From the NCBI RefSeq assembly GCF_036365525.1, contig NC_090382.1:101924595-101988594 (forward strand): a DNA stretch of 64,000 nt, given 5' to 3'. Made by a program: the position numbers and the translations under genes. Shown here in pieces: positions 22,682 to 36,800 of this stretch (position 1 is the stretch's first letter; the number at the start of each line of letters is the position of its first letter). The notes beneath the pieces were generated by a model. It did no database searches. It saw nothing but the letters and a program-made list of their open reading frames with translations, and was not told the origin of the DNA. The stretch comes from Heterodontus francisci (Eukaryota).

Positions 22682-25600
22682 TGTTATAGGCAGTTGTTGC
22701 ATCCGACCGCTCCTGCCAAAGCCCCCCATCCAAATATACGATTCTGATTGTGGTGGGAGAGACGTACTGATAATTCAATCCCGTCGCTCCACAGATCGCC
22801 TAACATCTCAATTTAAAAAACTTTCCAAATTAAAGAAAGGCCCAAGCAAACTGTACCATCTATTAACCCCCGAATGAGGCTAAACAAACCAGGTGTCTTT
22901 AAATCAACAAATTAAATCTTTAATTAAAAGAACTAAATTCTTAAACACTATGAAGATTTAAAAAAAACATTTAAAATAGAAAAAAATAACAGTCCTTGCA
23001 AATTTACAGTCCAATGTTGCTTGAAGTTCTTCACAGGATGTTGCTTGAAGTCCTCACAGGATGTTGCTTTCCTTCTCCAGCGAATTTCAACAATTAACGA
23101 TTTGCAAACACATTCAACAGAATCAATCTGACTTTAGAGTTTTTAAGGGATAAATGGTTGTCACAGTCTAACTTCCCTTTCTTCAATTTAAATTACCAGA
23201 GATCTCTGTTTTGGCTTGAGTTTTTCTTAGAATTTTGAGAGATAATAATAAAACAGACTAAAATCCTATTCCTTCAGTTTAAATGCTTGATAGCTTTTTT
23301 TACGAGGCTCTGACCCCACAGCTCCACAGCTGTGTCCTCTGTGTCTGTCAGTGTGTGTCTGTTAGGACAAACTGTCTCCACTAAAAGCCAGTTCAAAATT
23401 GAATTTTATCAAATGTATCGCATCAGATTCACTCCCAGTGGCTATATCTATGGTAACAAGAATGCACCCTTTGAATCGCAGTCGTCAAACAGCTGTTTCC
23501 AACGGCAACTGAAAATGCACCTTTCTATAATTCCTGAGGCTTGCCGGTTCTTAAAGCAATACTGATCCTTAGCAAACCTTGAAGGCAAACCGCATATTCC
23601 GAAAAAAACTACAGGACCGTGACACCTCCACCCCTAGCGGAATGAAACGCCATTCCTGAAATACGTTTCATTACAATGGGTAAAAAAAATACGAATTGAA
23701 AAAAATGCTAACTTTTTTTCACGCATTTACAGATATACACGTTCCTAAAGAAAAATGTTTAGACTACAGCAACAAGTTCCACCAGAACATTTTGCCTTTA
23801 AATTTTCAAAAGGTTGTTCCAATTAATCCATTTTAAATTTCCAAGCATAGTCTTCCAATTGTTCTGTGTTTTTCTTCCAAGTGTCCCGATTGTCCATCAC
23901 CTCAGCCAGGTGAGCTGCACGGCTAGGAGCACTGACCACTACTGGGTTCACTATTCTCCGAGACATTCCTCGAGTACTCCTTAACCTAGGTAGCATCACT
24001 TGACACTGGAAAACTCTGTCCGGTGTAACAGAAGCTGATTTTTCTTACCCTGAGGTGTCAAAGGAATTTGACAGTATCCTTCCAACACATCTGTCTCTTT
24101 AAGACACATCGTGTTGCCCACTCTGTCCATACAGTCCTTTAAATGAGAATTTGGTTAGGAGTTTGCCTTCTTTACCACTGTGACTTTTCTAGAGTCTATG
24201 CAAGTTTGAGTTGACCCACCAGGTTTAGTCATCAAGGCCATCTGCGAATTCCAGCTGTCCTGACTATGTTCAACTAAGCTGCCCTTCAGCATGCATTGTA
24301 CCTCTGTTTCCACTTGGGCCTGTCTGTCTGGACCGAAGCGACAAGGATGTCATTTTAAAGGAATGGCTTCCCCTGTACCCACATCATGTGTGGCTAAGGT
24401 TGTACATCCTGGCTTATCCCTACAAACGTTTTGAAACATTGTGAAAACCCTGTTTAGGACGTCACGCTGTTTTGCCTCTAAGTGTAAAAGCCTATTGTTT
24501 AATGTTCCTAGTCATTCTGCATTCGCTAAGGAGATAGATGGAGGTTCAGTCTGAGAATTTCCTGGGCCTGCTTCTGCCTCATCCTCATTATCCTTTTCCT
24601 TCTCCACAGTTCCGATTACCTGATATACCTGTCCTGGCTTATCCTCCTCTCTGCAGTAATATGGTTTGAGCAAATTAACGTGACACAACCAGTTCTTTAT
24701 CCGGCGATCAGGCGTGTCAAACAAGTAATCTACCTTACTCTCTCTTTCGATCACTCTATATGGCCCACTGAACCATGCATTCACTGGTTCTCCCTGTGAC
24801 AGTAACAACACTAATACCTCATCCCCTGGTTTTATGGTAGGTTGTGGTTTTCCCACCGTTTGACAGGTTTGGCATGCCCTACAAAATTGTCTCACATCCT
24901 TTGTAAGACCTGGCCAGTAATAATGTTTGCTTATGTGTGATTTAATCTTCTGAATTCCGCTGTGTCCTGAAAAGGGAATGTCATGTGCGAACCTTGATAA
25001 TCCTTGTCGATATTTAAGGTGGTACAACTATCTGTTCAACAACTGTCCAGTCTTTATTGGCAGGTCTATGAGGCAGTCTCCATTTCCTCCTCAAAACCCC
25101 ATTTGCCTTCCTGAACTCCTTTCACCTCTGCTTCTGACAGAGCCGTCCTATTTGGTAGATTTCTGGATCAGCTTGATGTGCTGCAATGATAGATGATCTG
25201 TTAAATATCTCATTTGGATTATCTAAATTCCCAAATAAAGTTTCAGATGCCTGATTATCTAATTGTGGTGCCCCTTTTACCTCCAACAATGGATCCTGTT
25301 TAGCTATTGCTCGGGTAACTACACACGCAGGAAATATTCCCAGAACTTGCTCCTGTAATTGCTCCATTTCTTTAATTTCACTTGGTTCCCCTGTAACTAA
25401 TCGTTTCCTCAGAGTAGATCAATTCCCTTTACTGGTAAACACCTACAGTTACCATCCCAGATATTAAGTCACCCTCTCGGCATACTTTATATAAAGTATG
25501 GGTATATACACCCCGCCAATTCCATTTACTAAAACCTGAGCGTTCAAGGTGCTTTATATATCTTTCCCCAGCAAGAGTGTTTGGGTCACTCCTGTATCCC

Positions 25601-25810
25601 TGAGAAGAATGATAGGTTTTCCCGCCTCACTTACAGGATACAGAGTTACTCTCTGCTTTGCCAAGAAATCATTATAACTCTCAGTTATTTTATTCTTAAC
25701 CTCTACACTCCTCTTAGTTTTAGTATCTGGTTTCACATTCACAGCTCTCGTTAAAGCTATAGCTTTGTCTGCTATACTCTCAGTCAGAGTCTTTTCCTCT
25801 GCATGAACTT
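22682..25810 (-). mobile_element. Gmr1-like Gypsy LTR retrotransposon relic: 3' LTR 22682-23624, PPT and internal PR-IN-RT remnants
   Basis: TG...CA LTR ends; GGGGTGGAGG PPT at 23625-23634; LRDTG protease near 25600; H..H..C..C and GPY integrase remnants at 24512-25027; RT N-terminus near 24400. Confidence 0.8.
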
Positions 25811-26479
25811 AGGCCTCAGTGTATCTGATATGATGCTGCTCACAGTAGGTTGGTGAGAGACTGGTTTATAAGGGTAGGACCATTCTACCATTTCACACAC
25901 ACTGGGCTGAAGTTTGTTGATTTCCCGACGTCGGGCTCCATGACGAGGGGGCCTGGAAGATCGGAGCGACAGCGGCCCACCACAGAGCCCGACACCAGGA
26001 ATGCCGGGCCTGATCTTCCCGGTGAATCACTTTATTCATTGACGTCCAGCTCGGAAGTGCTCGGAAAAGTGAGCGAAGAGAACATTGATTTTTGAAAAAC
26101 TCTGGGCGATCCAACCCATGTAACTCGGAGGAGTTTGGGACTTTCAACTGCAAAGGATTTTGCCAGCAAAAAGGACTGTGGAATGTATAGGTGTGGGGTG
26201 AGGTTTTCAACTATTTTAATAAGTAAAGAAAATACCTTTCGTTGTCATTTGGGCAGCAGCTACTTGTAAAGTACTATTTAATTAATTGGGGTTTTCTTTT
26301 AGTTTAGATGTTACGATGGAATCTTAAATTGTAAAATCTTGAGTAATTCTTGAAATTTGTCTGCGGGTTCATTTTTCACATCAATGATCTCATTGAGGTC
26401 ATATCACCATCAATATCATTGGGGTTACCATTGACCAGAGGTTTAACTGGACCAGCCCTATAGATACTGCGGCTACAAG

Positions 26480-28085
26480 ATAGCATTGAAAAGGAGGAGG
26501 TATTAGCGGTTTTAGCGGAGTTAAAAGTGCATAAACCACCAGGCCCAGATGAGATGTATCCCAGGCTTTTAAGTAAGGCAAGGGAGGAGATAGCAGGGGC
26601 TCTGACACAAATTTTCAAATCCTCTCTGGCCACAGGAGAGGTGCCAGAGGATTGGAGGACAGCAAATGTGGTACCATTATTCAAAAAGGATAGCAGGGAT
26701 AAACCAGGTAATTACAGGCCGGTGAGTCTAACATCAGTGGTAAGGAAACTATGGGAAAAAATTCTGAGGGACAGGATTACTCTCCACTTGGAGAGGCAGG
26801 GATTAATCAAGGATAGTCAGCATGGCTTTGTCAGGGGGAAGTCATGTCTAACAAACCTAACTGAACTTTTCAAGGAGGTGACTAGATGTGTAGATGAGGG
26901 TAAAGCAGTTGATGTATTCTACATGGACTTCAGTAAGGTTTTTGATAAGGTTCCGCATGGGAGATTGGTAAGAAGGTAAGAGCCCATGGGATCCAGGGCA
27001 ATTTGGCAAAATGGATCCAAAATTGGCGTAGTGGCAGGAGGCAGAGAGTGATGATCAAGGGTTGTTTTTGTGATTGGAAGCCTGTGACCAGTGGTGTACC
27101 TTAGGGATCAGTGCTGGGACCCTTGCTGTTTGTAGTGTACATTAATGATTTAGACGTGAATATAGAAGGTATGATCAGTAAGTTTGCAGGTGACATGAAA
27201 ATTGGTGGTGTTGTAAATAGTGAGGAGGAAAGCCTTAGATTACAGGACGATATAGATGGACTGGTAAGATGGGCAGAGCAGTGGCAAATGGAATTTAATC
27301 CTGAGAAGTGTGAGTTGATGCAATTTGGGAGGACTAACAAGGCAAGGTGGTAAGACCCTAGGAAGTACAGAGGCTCAGAGGGACCTTGGCCTACTTGTCC
27401 ATAGATCACTGAAGGCAGCAGCATAGGTAGCTAAGGTGGTTAGGAAGGCATATGGGATACTTGCCTTTATTAGCCGAGGCATAGAATATAAGAGCAGGAA
27501 GATTATGATAGAGCTCTATAAAACGCTAGTTAGGCCACAGCTTGAGTACTGCGTACAGTTCTGGTCGCCATACTATAGGAAGGATGTGATTGCACTGGAG
27601 AGGGCGCAGAGGAGATTCACCAGGATGTTGCCTGGGCTGGAGCATTTCAGCTATGAAGAGAGACTGAAAAGGCTAGGGCTATTTTCCTTGGAGCAGAGAA
27701 GGCTGAGGGGAGACCTGATAGAAGTATACAAAATTATGAGAGGCATAGATAGGGTAGATAGGAAGAAACTTTTCCCCTTAGCCAAGGTAGCGATAACCCG
27801 GGGGCATAGATTTAAGTTAAGGGGCAGGAGGTTTAGAGGGGATTAAATGAAAAATCTTTTCACCCAGAGGGTGGTTGGAATCTGGAACACACTGCCTAAA
27901 GGGGTGGTAGAGGCAAGAAGCCTCACAACATTTAAGAAGTATTTAGATCAGCACTTGAAATGCCATAGCATACAAGGTCATGGGCCAAGTGCTGGAAAAT
28001 GGGATTAGAATAGATAGGTACTTGATGGCCGGAATGGTCACAATGGGCCGAAGGGCATGTTTCTGTGCTGTAGAACTCTGTGACT
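26480..28085 (+). mobile_element. Degenerate CR1 LINE, 3' half
   Basis: RT remnant ORFs 26527-26979, 27111-27353 and 27436-27846; CR1 3' stem GGGCCGAAGGGC. Confidence 0.9.
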
Positions 28086-28862
28086 CCAATGGCAGGTCAG
28101 AGACTGACTCATTTTACCTCTTACCCACATCCTCAAGATGTTGAAGTCACATACATGGTAACTGACAAAAAGTTGACCAACAGCTTTAAAAAAAGCTGAC
28201 ATACAATCAGAAAGGCCTACAACTCCAAAACCACCCTGAATGAGTTTGCGATATATGAGAACTTGTACTTGTGGAAATCAGGAGCAAGTCACTTGCTGCT
28301 GAATGGGGCTGATATGGTATAAGGTTCAATGTGATTCAGCTAGAACCTATTAAAACAAGGATTTTCTAATTATGCTTGGAACAAACATTATTATTTCCTT
28401 GACTGTGAAATAGCCATTTAACATTTTTCTTCAAGTATTTTCTTTCTTAATTGTTTCTTATGTATATTCAAATTGTAAAATCTGAGGTTAAAATTTATTT
28501 TATTAGCCTAATCTTATTTTCCATTGTGTATTCACATTCATTCTTAGCAACCTAAAGGTTAAAATGAGTTTAGCAATATAGTATCAGTGGCTAGTAATGA
28601 TGCAAATGCATTCCTAAATATATTTATTCATTGTTGGGAATCAGGATCTATAATTTTCTTACTATTTTTTCTCGAATTTTATTTTATATTGAGGAAAAAG
28701 TTTTTACAGAATTGCACATAGAATCATAGAATAGTACAGCACAGAAGGAGGCCATTTGACCCATCGAGTCTGCACCAGCTCCTTTGAAGAGCAATCCAGT
28801 TAGTCCCATTCCCTTGCTTTTTCCCCAATTCTTGCAAGTATTTTTTCACCTTCAAAATGTAT

Positions 28863-29290
28863 GAGCTGTGGCTTAATCGATAGCACTCTCTTCTGTAAAT
28901 CTTTGGGTTCAAGTCCCACTCCAGGACTTAAGCTCAAAACTCGAGGCTGACACTCCACTGCTGCACTGTTGGAGATGCTATCTTTTGGATGAGATGTAAA
29001 ACCGAGGTCCAGTCTGCCCTCACAAGTGGATGTAAAAGATTCTACTGTGTATGTCAAAGCAAAGCAGGGGAGATATTGCCGGTGTCCTGGCAAATATTTA
29101 TCCCTCAATCACCAGCACAAAAACAGATTATCTGGTCATTATCACATTGCTGTTTGTGGGAGCTTGCTGTGTGCAAATTGGCTGCCACATTTCCTACATT
29201 ACACAATGACTACACTTCCAAATTACTTCATTAGCTGTAAAGTGTTTTGAGATGTTCGGTGGTTGTGAATGGTGCTAAATAAATGTAAGT
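28863..29290 (+). mobile_element. SacSINE1-like DeuSINE
   Basis: B-box GGTTCAAGTCC; Deu-domain-like GATGTAAAAGAT; L2-type tail. Confidence 0.7.
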
Positions 29291-30490
29291 CTTTAAGTCT
29301 TTCATTTTTACTTCATGCTGCAAAGTGTACCCAAAATTATTACTCATCTTGAAGAAAAAAAATCAAAAAGGTTATGAAAGTTTAGGAGAGTACGGGTTTA
29401 CAGACACAAGGTTTAACTTTTTTTACCCTATTTTTGGTACATTTCCTACATGTTAGAATCTAGTGTGACAATGGACAGTAATTTTTTCCTTACATTTAAA
29501 AATGGAGAAATCTGAGGATTATTTTGAGAAAAGAAATCCTTGGCTATAGGGGCTAGCACCCTGAGAGAGTGGTAAGGTGCCCCTCCAATTCTTCCAGCCA
29601 CCCTCTCGGGTGGATGCACATGAGCTGCAAATAGCACAGGCCTTTGAGACAGGGACATCGCTGGGCAATACTGACTATCAGAAATCCCGCCCCCTGTGCT
29701 TCCATTATGTGTAAGAGCCTCCAAGATTTTCAATCCAGGTAACACATGGTAAGCTCTTTAAGGCTTGTTAATTAGCAAGAGTTTCACATCATATTCATGG
29801 GATTATGATGCATCCAACCTCCATAATCCCATTTTCTGGGAGGAAATGAGACAATGAAGGATGGAAAAGTCATGGGCACTGTGGTTTTTCCGCATAATAA
29901 CTTGGAGTTGAAGCCCTTCAGGGCTGCATGGCTCTGGGTAGTAGAGGGCATTCTAGGAGAAGTTTCATTTTTGGGATGCCTCTCCACAGTCACCATTGAT
30001 GAATTTGTTTGGCTGCAACCCCACTTGAGCATAAGTGTTTTGCAGTAGCTGACACCAGTTCTAATGCAATTGACACACAGCCAATTAGGCTTTCGTCGAC
30101 TCCTGAGGGGATGGATTCCTCTGGGTCATTGGACAACTCGTGTGCCTTTGTCTGTAGATGTGTTGACTAATCAGCAAGGTGGTAGCTGTAGGGGTTACAA
30201 TCTAGGGGCTGGATAGTATGTAAGATGCTGGCCCTCGACTTGAGCCTCTTTGTTGCAGGCTCCTTCTGAACAAGGGGATGACGAGTGCTACTGGGGCACA
30301 GAAGGAGTTTGCACTTCGCGGTCCCTGTCAGGCTTTGTCGAGTCTGTGAATCCTTCTAAACGCTACACCTACCCTTTAGCTCCCATCAGGAGCCAACAAA
30401 AGTGCTACATTGCATAATTGAATCATCATTGTTGGACATTACACGTCTGAGATCTTAATTGAGTGGGCAGCAAACTTATGTGAAACATTA

Positions 30491-30496
30491 TTTATT
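30491..30496 (-). terminator. Candidate polyadenylation signal of the Ig receptor gene
   Basis: AATAAA on the minus strand about 270 nt after the terminal-exon stop. Confidence 0.4.
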
Positions 30497-30759
30497 TTTC
30501 ATAAAGAAGTTGCTGTTTAACATAGATGTACAGAAGCTGTGAAAGGATTGTTGAAAGTTCATTGAGAACCACTTCTGTTGTAAGTTTTTTTCAAACATGA
30601 ACATAACTCATGAATAATAAGTATTGCAATGATTGTGTTAAATCAGAGAAATTACATAGGAAGGAAGGTCCATTTCTGTTCTCAGATAAAAATATCAGTA
30701 CCAAAAATATTATTTTCCACATATCTAACTCCAAGCTCTTCCTGCATCTCCGGTTCAGA

Positions 30760-30831
30760 TTATTTCTGATTTACTTGTGCAATTTGTGCAGAGATGACAG
30801 ATGAATCATCTTCCTTTGAATGAGCCGGGTT
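30760..30831 (-). CDS. Ig receptor terminal coding exon with degenerate ITIM (VISAQI)
   Basis: tttctctcttgtag|AAC CCG..., phase 0; NPAHSKEDDSSVISAQIAQVNQK*. Confidence 0.68.
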   Translation of the reverse strand, partial: NPAHSKEDDSSVISAQIAQVNQK

Positions 30832-33800
30832 CTACAAGAGAGAAATTAACCATTTATAATAATGTGAACTATTAATGCATCTCTTTACATCAAATACATC
30901 AGATCATGCAGCATGATCTGGACAACATTCAGGCTTGGGCTAAAAAGTGGCAAGTAACATTTGGGCAACACAAGTGCTAGGCAATGACCATCACCAAAAA
31001 AGAGAATCTAACCAGGTCCCCTTATCTTTCAATGGCATTATCTGGACCAGTCATATTAATACTGTGGCTACAAGAGCAGGTCAGAAGTTGGGAATTCTGC
31101 AGTGAGTAACTCACCTGCTGAGTCCCAAAATCCTGTCGACCATCTATCTACCAGGCACAAGTCAACAGTGTGCTGGAATACTCTCCACTTGCCTGGATGA
31201 GTACAGCTTAAACAACACTCAAGAAGCTCAACAGAATCCAAGACAAAGCAGCCTGTTTGTTTGGCACCCCATCCACCATCTTAAACATTCATTCCCTCCA
31301 CCTCTGGCGCACAGTGGCAGCAGTGTGTACTATCTAGAAGATGCACTGCAGCAACTCGCCAAGCCTCCTTCGACCACACCTTCCAAACCTGTGACCTCTA
31401 TCACCTAGAAGTACAAGGGCAACAGATGCATGGGAACACCACCACCTGCAAGTTTCCTCCAAGTCACACATCATCCTGACTTGGAACTATATTGCAGTTC
31501 CTTCACGGTCACTGGGTCAAAATCCTGGAACTCCCTTCCTAACAGCACTGTGCGTGTATCTACACCACATGGACTGCAGCTGTTCAAGAGGAAGCTCACC
31601 ACTACCTTCTCAAGGGCAATTATGAATGGGCAATATATATGGGCCTTGCCAGTGATGCTCACAAGTCATGAACGAGTAAAAAAAAACAACTTTACAAATT
31701 TGTTGCAGATATTAATATTGTATGGCGTGTGATTTCATCAGCTGGAATTGATGTACTTACAGTATCTGAAGATTGTTTATTGCGTTGAATACCATGTCTA
31801 TGCCCTGTAATAATTGCAAATATTACAATTAAAAGATAATATTGATAGATCAGACTGACAAAAAGTGACATGTAAATGTCCTCAGCTTACTGCATTTCAA
31901 ACAGAGAATGGATCGGCAAGACTTGGCAAGTCAGTGAACCAAGTTGTCCTCTGTAAGACTCAGATCCAAACGAAGCACTGCATTTACAGTGAACCATAGG
32001 GCTGGTCATAAATGAACTAAGCTCCCTGTAATACTCTGAGAGTGTGAGACTGTCATTGTCACTACAGTGTCAGAAAGCAAAGAAATTATAAACAGCAAGA
32101 GGCCATTTCATCCATTGCAGCTCGGCTGGGGTGAGTTGGTCATCTGCAGCTATCATTCTAACCCAATTTCCTGCCTTATCTCACTGACATTTTATCATAT
32201 TTATTTACTCTTTATCCTATATTACATGTTGGGCTTGACTCTCCTGGTCCTTCCAGGTGAAGCCGTGTCAAAGTGGAATCCGCCTATCCAGGCTTCAGAG
32301 TGTCTTAATACGTTTGGCCAGGCCATTAGCACGGTTTGAGTGAACGATTGTTGCAGGACTCTGGGAAACAAGCAGAGTATCAATCACATCACAGGGTTGA
32401 GAGGACTGGCAACAATGGGAAGGGCCACAGGTCTTGAGGCTTTCTGGCTGTTGACCAGCAGTCAGAGGCTTAGCTCAGGATTCCATGATTGTTGAGAGAT
32501 GACAGGACCCACTACTAGCTCACTCAGGTGCTTTTGGAAGTGGGTGCTCTTCAGATGAAAATACAGGAAAGTGAGGTTGGACCAAGCAGGAACTGCTTCT
32601 TCAGTCTTATTTTCATTGAAGCTTGGAAACAATTTTAAAGGAATGGAGGTCCTATGTCACAGATCACCATCCTTTTTTACCAAATGCTGCTCAAGCCATA
32701 GTCCCCAAAGGACCATAGGCATTTCTCCTCATTAGAGAGAGACAGATGGCAATGTACAGGTAGAGGGTCACCACTCCTCAAGCATGGGGCATGGTGAGGA
32801 GGTAGGCCTCCATGAACTACCACAGCCAGTACAGGGATTTAACCCACACTGTTGTTTTTTCTTTCTGCATCACGCTATAGCCATCTAGCCAACTGAGCTA
32901 ACCAACTTATTTTGGACTGCGAAAACCCGGCGAATACGTATTTCCTGGCTACTGTTGAAAAATTAGCTTTATTTATATCAATTCGAGAAGAATTTTCATA
33001 GTGTTTTTCACCTCCTCAGGTTCTCCCAAAGCAACTGAAACACATTGATCGTTTCGTCAACTGTTCCAGGGAATTAATGTCCATAAATGCAACATTCCCT
33101 CTGCAGCAAGCAGAGGTAAGCCTGAGCCAAGCTGGCAGTCTGAAGGCTGAAACATGTTTCCTTCGACATTACATGTGCAATATTTGATGTGATATGATTT
33201 AAGAATGTCAGAAGTTTTCCTTTTATTGTGGTTCCATATTGCTAATAACTTCAACATTAAGTTCAAAAATTGTCACAATAAATGCTCATCTTTCACGTCA
33301 CATTTTTTCCAGAAAAAAAGTTCCAATTGGAAAGATACTACCAATTCCATTAATAAAAATGCAATGTCACCAAGATTTATTGTCTGTGCAGGAGAATGCA
33401 CTTGTCATAAGGGCCCTAAATCATCCTACAATGTTTTTTACATTTGTTCTGAGGATGTGGATGATCCTGGTTCAGTCACATTTATTACCATCTCTGGTTA
33501 CCCTAAGAAGGCAATGGATATTCTTCTTGAAGCAATTATACACTTCAGAGAACAGTTAACCACAAAGTGTGGATTTCATTAATATTTGAATAAAGCTGAG
33601 GTGCCTCTTCTGTATTTTCCCCTCGTTGCAGAGGTTTCTGTCTTTGATTCCCTGAACCTATTCAGACAGAAATCGCCCATTAACACGTGTTCAGCTTTCC
33701 TTATAAGGAATGCAGTGTAGAATGATGCCTGGACTTCAAGGGTTAAATTACAAGGAGTGATCACACAGACTAGTGTTGTATTCCTTGGAATTTAGAAGGT

Positions 33801-36800
33801 TAAGGGGTGATTTGATAATTTGAGTGTAGTTTTAAAGATTTTAATGGGAATTGATTGGATAGAGAGAAACTATTCGCTGTGGTTGGGGAGTCTCAGACTC
33901 GGGGCATAGCCTAAAATTTAGAGTTTAAAATTTATATTAAGCTTTTGGCCGCCAGTCCAAATATCTCCATATAATATAAAAACAAGAAATGCTGGAACCA
34001 CTCAGCAGGTCTGGCAGATTCTGTGGAAAGAGAAGCAGAGTTAACGTTTCAGGTCAGTGATCCTTCTTCGGTCAGATTTGGGAATCATGTGCCACATTCA
34101 CATTTTATTACATGTATCAGACTTGAAATTGAACGCAGCAATTTACATATCTTACCTGCAACCTTGCACTTTCTTAGACTCAGTACCAGTGCCAGGATAA
34201 TGATGAGGAGAAGAGCCAGACTTCTAAAAATAGCAACATTGGTATGTTTGAAAGTGGAACGACCTGTCAGAAGAATAAGCACAGATTTCACATTTAGTTA
34301 ATAGATTAAGGGCTAGAAATTGGTTCGCTCTGAGTTGCGGGCAGAGGGGCCATGATGCATAACCTGCTGCAGTTGTTGGAAACGAGGTGGGCAGCATGTA
34401 AAATTTGTGCACTAAATCCCCCAATTTCCCTGACTGTAGCAAAGCCATGAGCAGCTCCCGTGCTGAACTGGTCTCCGTTGCACTGCCTGGACCATCTACG
34501 CACCGCAGGGAGACGAGTAGCATTCTGAAGAAACCACATGCTCCAGGCAGCCTTCCTTTTTTAAAAGCGCAGTCCCTATAAAAGGGAAGTCGCAGAAATG
34601 CACTGCAGGCTCCTGGATAACTACTCTGAAGCACTCAGAGAGAAGGAAAATGGTGCACGACATCAAAGAAGGGGCTCCTTGCTTTAGTGACGCCACTCTG
34701 GATGCACTGGTTAGAAAGGTGAAGGCCAGGAAGGAAGCTGTGTTTCCACTGAGAGGCAGGCAGCTTTCACAATTGACCTTCGGTAGGGAATGGGATTATG
34801 TGACAATGGCAGTTAATGCCCAGAGTGTGACGCCCAGGACATGGCAACAGTGACGAAAGAAGTTTAATAACCTCATTTGGATAGTTAAGGTGCGTGAATG
34901 CATCTGCACGTCTGAGTTCACACCCACCACACTACCCACAACACAATCCACATCTCACGGTGATCAACACACCCCACCCCCAATACTCCTGCAGCAACAC
35001 GCCCTGACACTGAGAACGCACCGCTCTCATCCTTACACTAACCTCACCCACACATGTCTTCCAATCATGCCAGCCACATACACACCTGTACAAGCCTCCA
35101 CAAACCTACAGCTATTCAGCTATAGCAGGCAGCTCACCCAAACACAGTGACACACAGTCACTGACATTCTACCCTCTCTTTTGTAGGAGAAGGTCACCAA
35201 CAACAGGTAGGAGACTCACAGGACTGGCAGATGACCAGCACAGAATTATTGGGACCAATGCCATGAAGCCAGTGACACTCAGCGCTGCCAAGGCCATTGA
35301 TGATGATGATGATGCTGCCTTATGCACCTTTTCCGCTGACTCCTGCTATGAAATGGAAATTGCAAACTGTGAACCTCCTGCTTTCCTCCCAACCCTCCCC
35401 TCCCCTTCTGCTTTTGTGCTTTGAGATTATCAAGAATTACCACCTGGTCAGTCAATGCAGCCTCATGAGGAAGGGCCAGAGCAACAGCTGACCTCTGAAG
35501 AAGAAGCAACATCACTTGAGGATGTAACTAGTGGGATGGATAAGGGGGAAGCAATGTGTATTTGGATTTCAGTTTCTCCCTATTTACTCTGTCCAGACCA
35601 CTCATAATTTTGAATACCTCTGTCAAATCTACTCTCAACCTTCTCTTCTCTAAGGAGAACAGTCCCATCTTTGCCAATCTATCCAAATAACTGAAGTTTC
35701 TCATCCCTGGAACTATTCCTATAAACCTGTCCTGCACCCTCTCCAAGGCCTTCACATGCTTCTTACAGTGTGGTGCCCAGAATTGGACACAATACTCCAT
35801 TTGCAGCTGAACCAGTGATTTATAAATGTTCACCATAACTTCCTTGCTTTTGTGCTGGTGTTGACCAAGATTGTGTCATCGCATCAACATTCTTCTCCAT
35901 CTTCCTCACTGCAATTTTGCACCTCACCTCCAGCAAGCCCGCCACAGGAGCAGTGATAACTTACAGGATGGACAGGAAATTATTCAACCTCCGTCACCTC
36001 CACTCCAAAATCAAAGCTCACACTAAGCTCAGTCATTGAGCTTCAGTATGCGGACGATGTTTGTGTATGTGCTCACTCAGAGACTGAGCTGCAAGTCATC
36101 ATTGACTCCTTCACTGAAGCATACGAGAGGATGGGTCGTACTTTAAACATCCAGAAGACTGAGGTCCTCTTCCAACCCACTCCCACAGTACAGCATCATC
36201 CCCCACCAACTAGGATCCACAGTGAAACCCAGTAAATGTGGACCAATTTCTCCAGAGTCTCCCCTCAACGAAGGCAGACATAGATGAGGAAGTCCACCAG
36301 CACCTTTAGTGTGCCAGCTCTGCTATTGGCTGACTGAGGAAGAAAGTATTTGAGACCTCAAACCCAGGACGAAGGTCGTGACATATTGGGTAGCAGCGAT
36401 CCCTGTGCTCCTATATGTTTCTGATACAATCTATAGCAGCTATCTCCAGGCACTGGAGAAATCTCATCAACGCTGTCTCCACAAGATCCTTCACATGCGT
36501 TGGTAGGAGAGGCGGTCTAATGTCAGTACCCTCTCCCAAGACAACATTCCCAGCATCGAGGTGCTCATCACCCAAAACCTGCTTCGCTGGGCGGGTCACG
36601 TCACTCACATGTCTAACACCAGGTTCCCAAAGCAACTGTTCGACTCTGAGCTTTGCCGCAGCAAAAGACTCCCAGGAGAACAGTGGAAACACTTTAGGGA
36701 CGTTCTCAAAGCATTCCTGAAGAAATCCAACATACCCACCAAATCACAGGTGTCCCTGCCCCTCAACTGGATGGCACAGTGGCGCAGTGGTTAGCACCGC

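Noticed and set aside
33489-33502. 14-nt micro-exon that would link tail exon 1 in frame to 31761-31804
   Set aside because: It needs a weak GTTAAC donor and a 58-nt intron, shorter than usual for vertebrates; not excluded, but unsupported.
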